Assembly: GCA_043732185.1 (NCBI GenBank)
Contig: JAYTHY010000097.1
Location: 1 to 25,832, forward strand
Reading direction: 5' to 3'
DNA: 25,832 nucleotides
DNA from: Fibrobacteria bacterium
GTDB taxonomy: Bacteria > Fibrobacterota > Fibrobacteria > UBA11236
How positions within the stretch are numbered: position 1 is the stretch's first letter; the number at the start of each line of letters is the position of its first letter. The notes below the pieces were generated by a model, which searched no databases, was not told the origin of the DNA, and saw only the letters and a list, made by a program, of their open reading frames with translations. Shown here one piece after another: positions 16,693 to 25,764 of the stretch. A program made the position numbers and the translations under genes.

Positions 16693-19600
16693 TCAGGTCA
16701 GAGCAGCACTGAGCTTACGAGCAACTTCAACCTTTTTGAAGAAGGCAATGACATCGCCTTCTTGCAAGTCCTTAACACCATCGAGTCCGATACCGCATTC
16801 AAAGCCGGATTTGACTGAGCGGACATCGTCTTTTTCGCGCTTAAGCGAGCTGACTTTGGCCTCGCCGATTTCGATGCCGTTGCGGTAGACGCGCGCTTTG
16901 AGATCCCGTTCCACCACGCCACTTTGTACTCGGCAACCAATCACCAGGCCAATCTTGGGGATGCGGAAAATCTGGAGGATTTCTGCTTCGCCCGCGACTT
17001 CTTCCTTTACTTCCGGGGTCAACAAACCTTCCATCGCCAACTTGATTTCATCGACCACTTCATAGATGATGCGATAGCTGTTGATGGTTACGCCTTCGAC
17101 TTCCGCCAAAGCACGGACGCTTTCGGAAGGCAATACATGGAAGGCGATGATGATGGCTTCGGAAGCGGCAGCCAAATGGATATCGGCATCCTTGACGGCG
17201 CCCACGCCCTTGCTGATGACATTGACGCGCACTTCCTTAGTGGACAATTTTTCCAACGCGGAAGCGATAGCTTCCACGGAGCCGTCCACATCGCCCTTGA
17301 TAATGACTTTGAGTTCGTGGAATTCGCCGGACTTGATTTGATCGTAAAGTTGATCGAGAGTCATGTGGCGCTTTTGACGCATCTCTCTATCCTTGGCCGC
17401 TCGGCGACGACGGGTAGCGATTTCACGGGCTTCCCGTTCGTCAGCGACAACCACAAAGGAGTCGCCTGCTTGCGGTGCGCCTTCCATGCCCAAGACCTGC
17501 ACGGGTGTAGAAGGACCGGCTTCCTTACGCGTCTTGCCGCGTTCGTCAAGCAGGGCTCTAACCCTACCGGAGAATGTGCCAGTCACAAAAATATCGCCCA
17601 CGCGCAGCGTGCCATTTTCAACGAGAATAGTCGCTACAGCGCCTTTTCCTTTATCCAATCGGGATTCGATAACAACGCCCACGGCGCCTCGATTGGGATT
17701 GGCCTTGAGTTCCAGGACTTCCGATTCCAACGCCAAGGTTTCGAGCAATTTGTCCATGCCGAGGCCGCTACGGGCCGAGACTTCCACGCAAGCGTATTTG
17801 CCGCCCCATTGCTCCACTTCCACGCCCGCTTCAGCCAACTGGGCGCGAATTTTATCGGGATTGGCTGTGGACAAATCGATTTTGTTGATGGCCACCACAA
17901 TTTGGCAATTGGCGTTCTTGGCCAAGCTGATGGCTTCTTTGGTCTGAGGCATGACCATGCTGTCAGCGGCTACAACCAGTAGCACCACGTCGGTGATATC
18001 GGCGCCGCGCGAACGCATGGCAGAGAAAGCTTCGTGACCGGGAGTATCGAGAAAGCACACTGGACCAAAGTTGGTGTTGACCTGATAGGCACCAATGTGC
18101 TGGGTGATACCGCCGGATTCGCCCGCGATAACATTGGCCTTCCGGATATAATCCAGGATGGATGTTTTACCGTGATCGACATGGCCCATCACCGTAATAA
18201 TGGGTGCCCGCGTGACTAGGCTTTCCGCCGTGTCTTCCACTTCATTTTCGTTGAGGGCGTCCTGAGCGTATTCATCCATGAGATGGGCTTCATACCCAAA
18301 ATCGTCGGCGATTAATGCGATGGTTTCATGATCCAAACGCTGGTTGATGGTCACCATCATGCCCATTTCCATGCACTTGGCAATGACCTGTGCGGGCATG
18401 GCATTCATCAGTCCGGCCAGTTCGCCGATGGTGACGAACTCGCCCACATTGAGGACGCTTTTTTCCGCGCCTTGAATCATTTCTTCTTGTTGACGACCCT
18501 TGAATTGTTTTTTGCCGCCTTTGGAAAGGCTGGCCATTACCTTGGTTACGTTATTGCGAGCTTCCAGCAACTCGGCTTCGATTTGCTCCTTGGTCTTGCG
18601 CTTATGGCCACCCGTTCGGGAACGATTCTGTGGTTGGGCGAATGTACTGCGCTCGCGCTCTTTTTCTTTTTCCTTATCCTTGTCAAGTCCGCGGCGGCCA
18701 TCTTTGCCGACCAATCCGGAAAATGCATTGACGATACCCGCTTCCTGAGCACGCTGGGCATAGACGTCACGCGGCTGGTCAAAACCACCGGGTCCTGCCG
18801 GTCCACGATTGAAGCCACCAGGACCGCCGGGACCACCGGGACCGCGATTGAAACCACCAGGGCCACCAGGGCCACCAGGACCGCCGGGTCCACCAGGGCC
18901 ACGGTTTTGATACCCTTGATAACCGCCGCCACCGCCGGGTCCACCCGGTCCACCGGGACCGCGATTTTGAAATCCACCTTGACCGCCTGGCCCACCAGGG
19001 CCACGGTTTTGAAATCCGCCCTGTCCGCCTTGATAGCCGCCACCCGGCCCACCGGGACCGCGATTTTGGAATCCGCCTTGACCACCTTGGCCACCCTGGC
19101 CACCTTGATACCCACCTGCGCCAGGTTGGCCACCAGGACCACTGGGCCCGCGATTGAATCCGCCGGTTTGACCTGCTTGCGGTCCTTGGTATCCACCCCC
19201 GGTGCCGCGATTCAAATTGCCGGAATAACCTTGGTGGCGTTCCTCACGGCTACGCGCACGCGCCATGCTGTCGGCTTTGGCCTTGGCGATACGGGCAAGG
19301 AGGTTGGGATCTGGCTTCTCAACTGAGACTTTGAACTCAGCATGCAAACTGCGCGCTTTGGCTTCCGCTTCTGCAGGGGAATTGATGGCCGCCACAACGG
19401 GTTGAACCGGGGCAACAATCGGTGCCGCCGCAACAACCGGGCTCGGAGCAGGGGAAGCGAGGGTTGGTGCAACCTCTGGAGTTGGGACCGTAGCCGCAGC
19501 TGGAACGTGCACGGGGATTGGAGCTGGGATTGGTGTTGGCGTGGATACCGGTGCAAGAATGGGTGCGGGCTTGGCTACAACTGCAACTGGGGGTTCCGCA

Positions 19601-20022
19601 ATGGGAGGAATAATTGGAGCCGGAGCAACCACTTGGACCGGAGCCACTTCCACGCGAATCGGTTCATGACGAGGCACTTCAACTTTGGAAATGATGGGGG
19701 GTGCTTCCATGAAGCGCTGAGCAGGCTCGGCCACCAAAGGCGCAACGGGCTTGGGCGGGGCCGGTGGCGGTGTTGGGGGTGCCTTTTTGAGCACGGCCTT
19801 CATCGGGATTTTTTTTCCGGATTTTATCAACGCCTCTTTGTCGATCCTGTCCTTTTCGGCTAGGATGAGCGGCTTGACCTTTACAAAGCTGTGCTGGTCG
19901 ATCATGCTGGCCGAGGATTTTACCTCAATGCCCGCGTCCTTGAGAAGCTTGACCATGGTGTCGCTCGAAATCTCATAGGTCTTGGCGAGCGAAGAGACTC
20001 TTTTTTTGCTGTCAACAGTCAT
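16693..20022 (-). CDS. infB: Translation initiation factor IF-2 with a long low-complexity N-terminal extension
   Basis: [34 protein letters not shown]. Confidence 0.99.
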   Translation of the reverse strand: MTVDSKKRVSSLAKTYEISSDTMVKLLKDAGIEVKSSASMIDQHSFVKVKPLILAEKDRIDKEALIKSGKKIPMKAVLKKAPPTPPPAPPKPVAPLVAEPAQRFMEAPPIISKVEVPRHEPIRVEVAPVQVVAPAPIIPPIAEPPVAVVAKPAPILAPVSTPTPIPAPIPVHVPAAATVPTPEVAPTLASPAPSPVVAAAPIVAPVQPVVAAINSPAEAEAKARSLHAEFKVSVEKPDPNLLARIAKAKADSMARARSREERHQGYSGNLNRGTGGGYQGPQAGQTGGFNRGPSGPGGQPGAGGYQGGQGGQGGQGGFQNRGPGGPGGGYQGGQGGFQNRGPGGPGGQGGFQNRGPGGPGGPGGGGGYQGYQNRGPGGPGGPGGPGGPGGFNRGPGGPGGPGGFNRGPAGPGGFDQPRDVYAQRAQEAGIVNAFSGLVGKDGRRGLDKDKEKEKERERSTFAQPQNRSRTGGHKRKTKEQIEAELLEARNNVTKVMASLSKGGKKQFKGRQQEEMIQGAEKSVLNVGEFVTIGELAGLMNAMPAQVIAKCMEMGMMVTINQRLDHETIALIADDFGYEAHLMDEYAQDALNENEVEDTAESLVTRAPIITVMGHVDHGKTSILDYIRKANVIAGESGGITQHIGAYQVNTNFGPVCFLDTPGHEAFSAMRSRGADITDVVLLVVAADSMVMPQTKEAISLAKNANCQIVVAINKIDLSTANPDKIRAQLAEAGVEVEQWGGKYACVEVSARSGLGMDKLLETLALESEVLELKANPNRGAVGVVIESRLDKGKGAVATILVENGTLRVGDIFVTGTFSGRVRALLDERGKTRKEAGPSTPVQVLGMEGAPQAGDSFVVVADEREAREIATRRRRAAKDREMRQKRHMTLDQLYDQIKSGEFHELKVIIKGDVDGSVEAIASALEKLSTKEVRVNVISKGVGAVKDADIHLAAASEAIIIAFHVLPSESVRALAEVEGVTINSYRIIYEVVDEIKLAMEGLLTPEVKEEVAGEAEILQIFRIPKIGLVIGCRVQSGVVERDLKARVYRNGIEIGEAKVSSLKREKDDVRSVKSGFECGIGLDGVKDLQEGDVIAFFKKVEVARKLSAALT
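18780..19210 (-). repeat. Gly/Gln/Asn/Pro/aromatic repeats within IF2
   Basis: Recurring GGF(Q)NRGPGGPGG and GGYQGGQGG units; 9-nt periodicity such as GG(A/G)CCACCA/G on the + strand. Confidence 0.9.
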
Positions 20023-20132
20023 ATTTTCACTTTCACTTCGGGCACTTTGCCCGCGGACTTCATTTTTCCAACTGGGTCGCCGTCACATTGATGCGGTTCG
20101 ACCCTACAAAGAGACACGAATACTTAAAAACA

Positions 20133-21359
20133 TCATTCGCCTTCAGGCTTCTTTTTGCTGAAGAGCGATTCCAGTTCCGAAAATTTGCTGGGTACGACCG
20201 GTGCCGATGGCGCGACCGCTTCCGCAATTCCTGGAGCTCTCATTCCTTCACGAGGCTTAAAGAGAATGTCTTTTTCCTCTTGCTGCATATTGCCAAATTC
20301 CGTCTGCCCAAAAATATCGAGTTCTCGTCCGATTAATTTCGATGCGAGACGCACGTTCTGTCCGCCGCGGCCGATGGCTTGCGACAAGTCTTCATCACCT
20401 ACGATGACAACTACGCGTCCATCTCCGATATCGGTGATTTGCTTGATATTGGCCGGGGACAAAGCGCGTCGGATGTAGGCATGCATGTCATCGCTCCAAT
20501 GGATGATGTCGATGCGTTCGTTGGAAAGCTCACGCACAATGGCTTGTACGCGATTGCCTTTCATGCCCACGCAGGCGCCCACGGGGTCGATGCGATCGTC
20601 CTTGGTGGAAACGGAAATTTTGGCGCGGTAACCGGGATCGCGGGACACGGCCCTGATGATGACGATGGCGTCGTTGATTTCCGGCACTTCCAGTTCAAAA
20701 AGCTTGGCCAAGAAATCCGGATGGGTGCGCGACAAAAGAATCTGCGGGCCCTTGGTATTGGTGGTGACATTGGCGATATAGGCGCGAATGGTATCGCCCT
20801 GACGATAGCGTTCCTTACGAATCTGTTCTTTTAGAGGAATGATGCCTTCCGTCTTGCCCAGGTTAACGAGGATGTTACCCCGGTCGACTTGCTGCACGGT
20901 TCCGGATACCAAGGTTCCGATGCGATGCTGGTAGTCTTCAAATATCTTGTCGCGTTCCGCGTCCCGCACTTTTTGCAGCAGGATTTGTTTGGCGCTTTGG
21001 ATGGCGGCGCGGCCGAAATTTTCGATGGGGATTTCCATTTCCAGGTAATCGCCTTCGATGGCATCGGCATTGTATTCTTGAGCCTCGGTAATGAGCATGT
21101 ACTTCTCATCAAAGGCGGCCACTTCTTCCGGAGTCAGGGCGGGATCCACATCGGGATAATCATCCACCACGTTGACGCGTAGGTACACGTGGATTTCTCC
21201 CGAGTCCTTGTCAATTTCGGCTTCAATGTTTTTAGCCAGATTGAGATATTTCTTAGCCGCATTCATCAGGCTTTGTTGGAGCGTGGAGACCACGACATCC
21301 GGACCTAAATTCTTGGTCTTGGCTATGAGGTTTAGGCTTTCAAAAATTTCCGCTGCCAT
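20133..21359 (-). CDS. nusA: Transcription elongation factor NusA
   Basis: FGRAAIQSAKQ, S1 domain, RDPGYRAK, DPVGACVG, AIGRGGQNVRLA. No AR1/AR2 domains. Confidence 0.99.
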   Translation of the reverse strand: MAAEIFESLNLIAKTKNLGPDVVVSTLQQSLMNAAKKYLNLAKNIEAEIDKDSGEIHVYLRVNVVDDYPDVDPALTPEEVAAFDEKYMLITEAQEYNADAIEGDYLEMEIPIENFGRAAIQSAKQILLQKVRDAERDKIFEDYQHRIGTLVSGTVQQVDRGNILVNLGKTEGIIPLKEQIRKERYRQGDTIRAYIANVTTNTKGPQILLSRTHPDFLAKLFELEVPEINDAIVIIRAVSRDPGYRAKISVSTKDDRIDPVGACVGMKGNRVQAIVRELSNERIDIIHWSDDMHAYIRRALSPANIKQITDIGDGRVVVIVGDEDLSQAIGRGGQNVRLASKLIGRELDIFGQTEFGNMQQEEKDILFKPREGMRAPGIAEAVAPSAPVVPSKFSELESLFSKKKPEGE

Positions 21360-21376
21360 GTATTGCTCCTGAGCTC

Positions 21377-21835
21377 CTAGGAAAGTCTGATATCCACCTT
21401 GGCCTGTACAATGAGGCTAAGGGGAATGGAACGGGCTTTCCCGTTAGTATCCACGGTTATGGACGCCTCATCGACGTCTACTAATTTACCCACCATCATG
21501 CGTTTGCCTTCAACGGGCTCGCTGGTGGACACGCGCACGAAGTTGCCCACGTTGCGACGGTAGTCCTTGAGGGTTTTGAAGGGCCTGTCCAAGCCCGGCG
21601 AAGAAACCTCAAGGGTATAGTTTTCGTCTTCCATCACATTGTCGGCATCCAGCAAGGTTCCGAGGTCACGGCTGACCCTGGCGCAATCCTCGACACTGAC
21701 GCCGCCTTTTTTCCCTACGTAGATACGTAAGACCCGGCGCTTGCCGGCACGGAAAATCTCCACATCCACCAGATCCAAGCCTCCGGCTTCGACGATTTTC
21801 GAAGCAAGGTCTGTGATGTTTTGAATTAGATCCAA
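21377..21835 (-). CDS. rimP: Ribosome maturation factor RimP
   Basis: LRIYV...EDCARVSR...YTLEVSSPGLDRP. Start reassigned to TTG 21835 with SD GGGAG. Confidence 0.96.
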   Translation of the reverse strand: MDLIQNITDLASKIVEAGGLDLVDVEIFRAGKRRVLRIYVGKKGGVSVEDCARVSRDLGTLLDADNVMEDENYTLEVSSPGLDRPFKTLKDYRRNVGNFVRVSTSEPVEGKRMMVGKLVDVDEASITVDTNGKARSIPLSLIVQAKVDIRLS

Positions 21836-21952
21836 AAGAAAATCTCCCGTTACCAAATTAGGTAAATAGAACAAGTCTCCAGTGCGGTTTCCCACCCCTC
21901 TAAGTTTCCGAAGTCTGAAAGAAGGGAGAAGTGGAAATCCACAACGAGCCAT

Positions 21953-21982
21953 AAATTAAGTAATTTTAACCCCGATCTGCAA
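21953..21982 (-). promoter_or_regulatory. Putative rimP-operon promoter
   Basis: TTGCAG-N18-TAATTT, upstream of the structured leader. Confidence 0.4.
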
Positions 21983-22059
21983 GGTGAAGGGTCCATGAAT
22001 TGGCAAGCCATGCTCTTTTTATCAGTAATTTGAAGTGATTTCGAAAGGTTCTGGAAAAT

Positions 22060-22281
22060 ATGGGCGCGATAAAAGTGATTTTGCTGTTGGTGGTGGGTTT
22101 AGGGGGATTGTGGCTGAGCGTTCAGCATTTGCGCCGCAACCTTTTGGAACTCAAAGCGAAACCCAAGGGTTCGCATCGCATGGAAGATAAAATTTTCAAT
22201 TACCCGCTGATGTTCCTCTGGTTTGGCTACCTGATCGTTTTCTTCGGCGGCTTAATCGTCAATAATTTAATCCTGCACTGA
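22060..22281 (+). CDS. Small two-TM hypothetical membrane protein
   Basis: Two hydrophobic helices separated by a basic loop. AAAGGT SD-like sequence upstream. Confidence 0.75.
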   Translation: MGAIKVILLLVVGLGGLWLSVQHLRRNLLELKAKPKGSHRMEDKIFNYPLMFLWFGYLIVFFGGLIVNNLILH

Positions 22282-22284
22282 AGA

Positions 22285-23112
22285 TTACTCCGCACCCGCA
22301 GACTTCTCTGCAAGGGCAGTCTCTGTCCCCTTGACCCGATTCCAGTACACGTCCCATTCCGTCAAGCTCATGTTTTGAATGGGCTTTCCATCTTCCTTGG
22401 CAAATTTTTCCATCTGCGCATAGCGCGTCATGAATTTTCTATTAGCCCTGGCCAAGGCTTGTTCCGGATTCAAATGGAAGAACCGTCCCACGCTGACAGC
22501 GGCAAACAGGAGATCGCCAAACTCGCTTTCCAACCTGTCTGGATCGGGCTTTTCCGCAATCGCTTCCAGTCGCAGCTCTTCCAATTCTTCCCGCACTTTG
22601 TCCATAGTCCCTGAGTAATCGGGCCAATCGAAACCGGTTTTGGCCGCACGCTTCTGGATTTTTTCAGCTTTGAGCAAGGCGGGTAGATTGCGGGGCATGC
22701 TTCCGAGTCCGCCCTCGGCTGCTACGGTGTCATCGCCCTTCTCCTTTTTTTTAAGCTCGTCCCATTTCTTAACCACGGCCTCCGCACCTTCAATGCGCTG
22801 GTCCCCGAACACATGCGGGTGTCGGCGCACCAGCTTTTCCGAAATGCCCTGCACCACTTGGTCGAAATCAAAATGCCCCGCCTCATTGGCAAGCTGCGCA
22901 TGAAAGATGACTTGCAGGAGCACGTCACCGAGCTCCTCTTGCATATTAGGCAGGTCGCCATTCTCAACAGCTTCTATGAACTCGTAGGATTCTTCGATCA
23001 AATAGTTGAGCAGGCTTTGATGGGTTTGTTCGAGGTCCCATGGGCAACCGCCATTAGGCGATCGGAGCTTTGCCATGATTTCGAGCAGGTTCTGGAGGCT
23101 GTAGGTTTTCAT
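22285..23112 (-). CDS. mazG: Nucleoside triphosphate pyrophosphohydrolase MazG
   Basis: LRSPNGGCPWD, EELGDVLLQ, RRHPHVF, GFDW, EFGDLLF. SD AAGGAG. Confidence 0.97.
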   Translation of the reverse strand: MKTYSLQNLLEIMAKLRSPNGGCPWDLEQTHQSLLNYLIEESYEFIEAVENGDLPNMQEELGDVLLQVIFHAQLANEAGHFDFDQVVQGISEKLVRRHPHVFGDQRIEGAEAVVKKWDELKKKEKGDDTVAAEGGLGSMPRNLPALLKAEKIQKRAAKTGFDWPDYSGTMDKVREELEELRLEAIAEKPDPDRLESEFGDLLFAAVSVGRFFHLNPEQALARANRKFMTRYAQMEKFAKEDGKPIQNMSLTEWDVYWNRVKGTETALAEKSAGAE

Positions 23113-23209
23113 AGGCGAGGACTCCTTGGAGGGCTTTTTGCCCTTCCGAGCAAATTTTCAGGTCCGAAATGTGCAAAAAATGCGCGAATAAGGCATTTCT
23201 GTCTCGCCC

Positions 23210-23239
23210 TTGATCTACTGTGCAAATGTGCAGTATATT
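23210..23239 (+). promoter_or_regulatory. Putative dprA promoter with an embedded LexA-like operator
   Basis: TTGATC-N18-TATATT. Palindrome TACTG-tgcaaatgtg-CAGTA (23216-23235) fills the spacer. Confidence 0.65.
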
Positions 23240-23283
23240 TGGGTCCGGAACAAAATTGGGCCGGGAACAAAAAGGAAAACGCC

Positions 23284-24627
23284 ATGGACAACTGCTGGGA
23301 TACTGCCGACCTTCCGCCAGAGGAAATGAAACTGATGCTGGCTTTAACCTTGGTACCTGGTGTGGGCGCGGCCACCTTTCGGCGCCTTTTGGATGCGTTC
23401 GGATCCGCGCAAGGGGTGTTTGGAACCGTGAGTGAAGAGCTGCGCGCTGCGTGTCCGCATCTCAAAGCAGATAGTTTGGCCGGTCTCCTTTCCGGCCCCA
23501 ACCTCAGGGCCGTGCGGCATCAGGAAGAATCCTGCCAACGCCTTGGGGTTCGCATCGTAGCCTATCGATCTCCAGCGTATCCGGCGCCCCTGCTGTCCTT
23601 ACCCTTTCCGGTCCCTTTCCTGTATATGCAGGGTGAATGGCATCGCGAGGACGAAAGGGCATTGGCTGTGGTTGGGACCCGGTATCCTTCCAGTTACGGT
23701 AAGGACATGGCCAGAAAAGTCTGTCTGGGGTTGGCGGAGTCTGGATTTACCGTGGTATCGGGTTTGGCTCGGGGCATTGACACGGTGGCGCATGAAGCCA
23801 CCTTGGCGGGGGGTGGGCGCACGGCAGCGGTGCTAGGTTCGGGTCTCGATTGGATTTATCCAAATGAGAACATGCCTTTGGCGCGCCGGATTGCACAACA
23901 GGGTTGCCTGATTTCGGAATTTCCCATGGGCACGGCGCCACATGCAACGCATTTTCCAAGGCGCAACCGGCTAATCAGCGCGTTGAGCATGGGGACCTTG
24001 GTGGTGGAAGCGGGTAATGAAAGCGGCGCGTTGATTACCGCCGAGTTTGCCTTAGAGCAAGGTCGTGAAATTTTTGCGGTGCCTGGTCCCGTGCACAATC
24101 CCGGCGCCCGTGGCCCGCATAAATTAATCCAGGAAGGCGCTCATCTGGCCGAGTCTCACGTGGATATCCTCCGGGTGTTGCAGGGAATGAGTCAGGCGGT
24201 GCCGGCTCGCAGGGTTTTGCAAACAGTTGAGGGGCCGAGCGCCATGAAAAACGGTTCAAAGGCAATTAGGGAGGGGGCCTTGGGAAAAGGGGAGGGACCA
24301 CTGGAAAAAGAGGATCTTTCCAGAAGTTTGGAAAATCGTGCAAACGTTGCGGTTCTTGTTGGGCTGGATTTGGAGGCGGCCAGTAAGGTAGGGGAGACGG
24401 AGGAAAGCAACTCTGCTGTTAGCGGCTTAGGGCTGGATGGTGAGTCGCGCGTTCTGCTTTCAGTCCTTGGAAGTGTACCGATGAGCTTGGATGCCATCTC
24501 TGCACAGGCGCGCACAAAGGCAGGGTTACGGGAAGCACCGGCACATCGGCTGCTTGCAGGTTTACTGGAATTGGAATTGAAAGGCAAGGTGAAGCGTATG
24601 CCCGGTGCCTTGTTTCAAAGGGCATGA
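23284..24627 (+). CDS. dprA: DNA-processing protein DprA (Smf)
   Basis: Start reassigned to ATG 23284 (SD AAGGA). SAM-like N-terminus, AVVGTR, VSGLARGID, FPRRNRLIS, VVEA...SGALITA, C-terminal winged helix LLELELKG. Confidence 0.96.
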   Translation: MDNCWDTADLPPEEMKLMLALTLVPGVGAATFRRLLDAFGSAQGVFGTVSEELRAACPHLKADSLAGLLSGPNLRAVRHQEESCQRLGVRIVAYRSPAYPAPLLSLPFPVPFLYMQGEWHREDERALAVVGTRYPSSYGKDMARKVCLGLAESGFTVVSGLARGIDTVAHEATLAGGGRTAAVLGSGLDWIYPNENMPLARRIAQQGCLISEFPMGTAPHATHFPRRNRLISALSMGTLVVEAGNESGALITAEFALEQGREIFAVPGPVHNPGARGPHKLIQEGAHLAESHVDILRVLQGMSQAVPARRVLQTVEGPSAMKNGSKAIREGALGKGEGPLEKEDLSRSLENRANVAVLVGLDLEAASKVGETEESNSAVSGLGLDGESRVLLSVLGSVPMSLDAISAQARTKAGLREAPAHRLLAGLLELELKGKVKRMPGALFQRA

Positions 24628-24767
24628 TGGGAAGCAGCGAGGTTTTGTTGCCGCGTCCATCGGTTTCAGGCGCCTTGGGTTGTCGGCCTTTGGGAGCCAG
24701 GCCCTTTCCATGGGAGCCGAGACGTGAATATGTTAAAATGAGATTGAGAAAGAGTTATTTTTCCAAC

Positions 24768-25103
24768 ATGGTTAAACCTGCTCCATCCAAACGCAAAGTA
24801 AAGTGGTTGCGCTATGTGATCCTAAGCATCTTAGGCTTAGGCATTTACCATGTGCTGAGTGGCCCACGGGGAGCGCTCGGTCTCATAAAGCTGAGAAAGG
24901 CCAATGCAGATCAAGCCCGCGAGCTCGACAGTTTAGTGGCAGTGCGGGCGGAATTGGCGGTGGAAAAAATCCGTTTGGAAAAGGACAGTGGCTATATCGA
25001 GAGCGTTGCGCGTAAGGATATGGGCATGGCTAAGCCGGGGGAAAAGGTTTTTCGATTTATGGGTTCTGCGGGTCAAGGAACTGGTGCGCATAAATCCAAT
25101 TAA
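24768..25103 (+). CDS. Septum formation initiator, FtsB/DivIC family
   Basis: Basic N-terminus, one TM, GPRG, coiled coil, YIESVARKDMGMAKPGEKVF. Start at 24768 or 24738; an extended -10-like TGTTAAAAT at 24731-24739 favours 24768. Confidence 0.88.
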   Translation: MVKPAPSKRKVKWLRYVILSILGLGIYHVLSGPRGALGLIKLRKANADQARELDSLVAVRAELAVEKIRLEKDSGYIESVARKDMGMAKPGEKVFRFMGSAGQGTGAHKSN

Positions 25104-25350
25104 TATTTGAATTCGAAGAAGATGCACGAAAACCCAAATACTGGCGACACGAAAAAACCTCCTTGCTACATCCAAAAGTGGCGATTAGGGTCTAGGCCAG
25201 CGGGGTGAAAAAGTTAAAAGTGGATGGGGTACCGACTAGAATAAGGCTTCGATTTAGCTACAGTCTTGTTTGCATTGGCTTTTATGGTCGAAAACACTTA
25301 GTATTTTGGAATTAATTATTAGAAAAAATTACATAAAATAGGCGGCGAAG

Positions 25351-25764
25351 TTGCGTAATATTCTATCCACCCTAGTTTTTTTAATTTGTACAAATAACTT
25401 CTGTTTGGCTGCCGAAGAGATGCCATTATTTATAATCGGAGATTCAGTGCAAGCGCGGGAAAATCCTTCGAATCAAGCGAAAGTTAGAACTCTATTCCAT
25501 AACTGGGGTGAAAACTTTAGGGGACGGAAGATAAATAAGGATTGGTATGAAATCACTGAAGATGAGGGTGATGGGTACATCAACTCAAAATACGTTACCA
25601 ACTTTAATAGCTTTGGTAAACTCGCCGAACTAAAATCAAACAAAAACGGAATGACAAAATATTAGTTGTTAAAATATTATATTCAAATTGGTGCCTTGGC
25701 AAAGGCGGCAGAATTATCCTTTGATCTCATCAATAGTAAGCGTTCGGTGAATACATCACTTTGA
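25351..25764 (+). pseudogene. Exported SH3b-domain protein, apparently disrupted by an in-frame TAG at 25663-25665
   Basis: Signal peptide, SH3b pattern VQARENPS...WYEI...GYINSKYV. The frame continues past TAG as LLKYYIQIGALAKAAELSFDLINS. AT-rich. Confidence 0.55.

Noticed and set aside
18780..19210. Tandem GC-rich repeats as a CRISPR or non-coding repeat
   Set aside because: They are in-frame coding repeats within IF2.
16924..19863. Long + strand ORFs (352, 332, 184 and 173 aa) opposite infB
   Set aside because: Shadow frames caused by codon bias and GC-rich repeats of infB; no recognisable motifs.
22000..22014. TTGGCAAGCCATGCT as a sigma54 promoter
   Set aside because: GG-to-GC spacing is 8 nt, not the required 10.
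21836..22059. tRNA (metY-like) upstream of rimP
   Set aside because: No cloverleaf or T-loop GTTCRA motif was found.
23248..23268. GAAC repeats as an alphaproteobacterial LexA box
   Set aside because: Spacing is N13, not N7.
22813..23283. 157-aa N-terminal extension of DprA in the ORF track
   Set aside because: It overlaps mazG antisense and the promoter region. ATG 23284 has an SD and starts the DprA domain.
25094..25195. Peptide LIFEFEEDARKPKYWRHEKTSLL, reminiscent of the group II RT region after YADD
   Set aside because: Too short, lacks YADD and a start codon, and the motif spacing is wrong. Probably chance; BLASTx would settle it.
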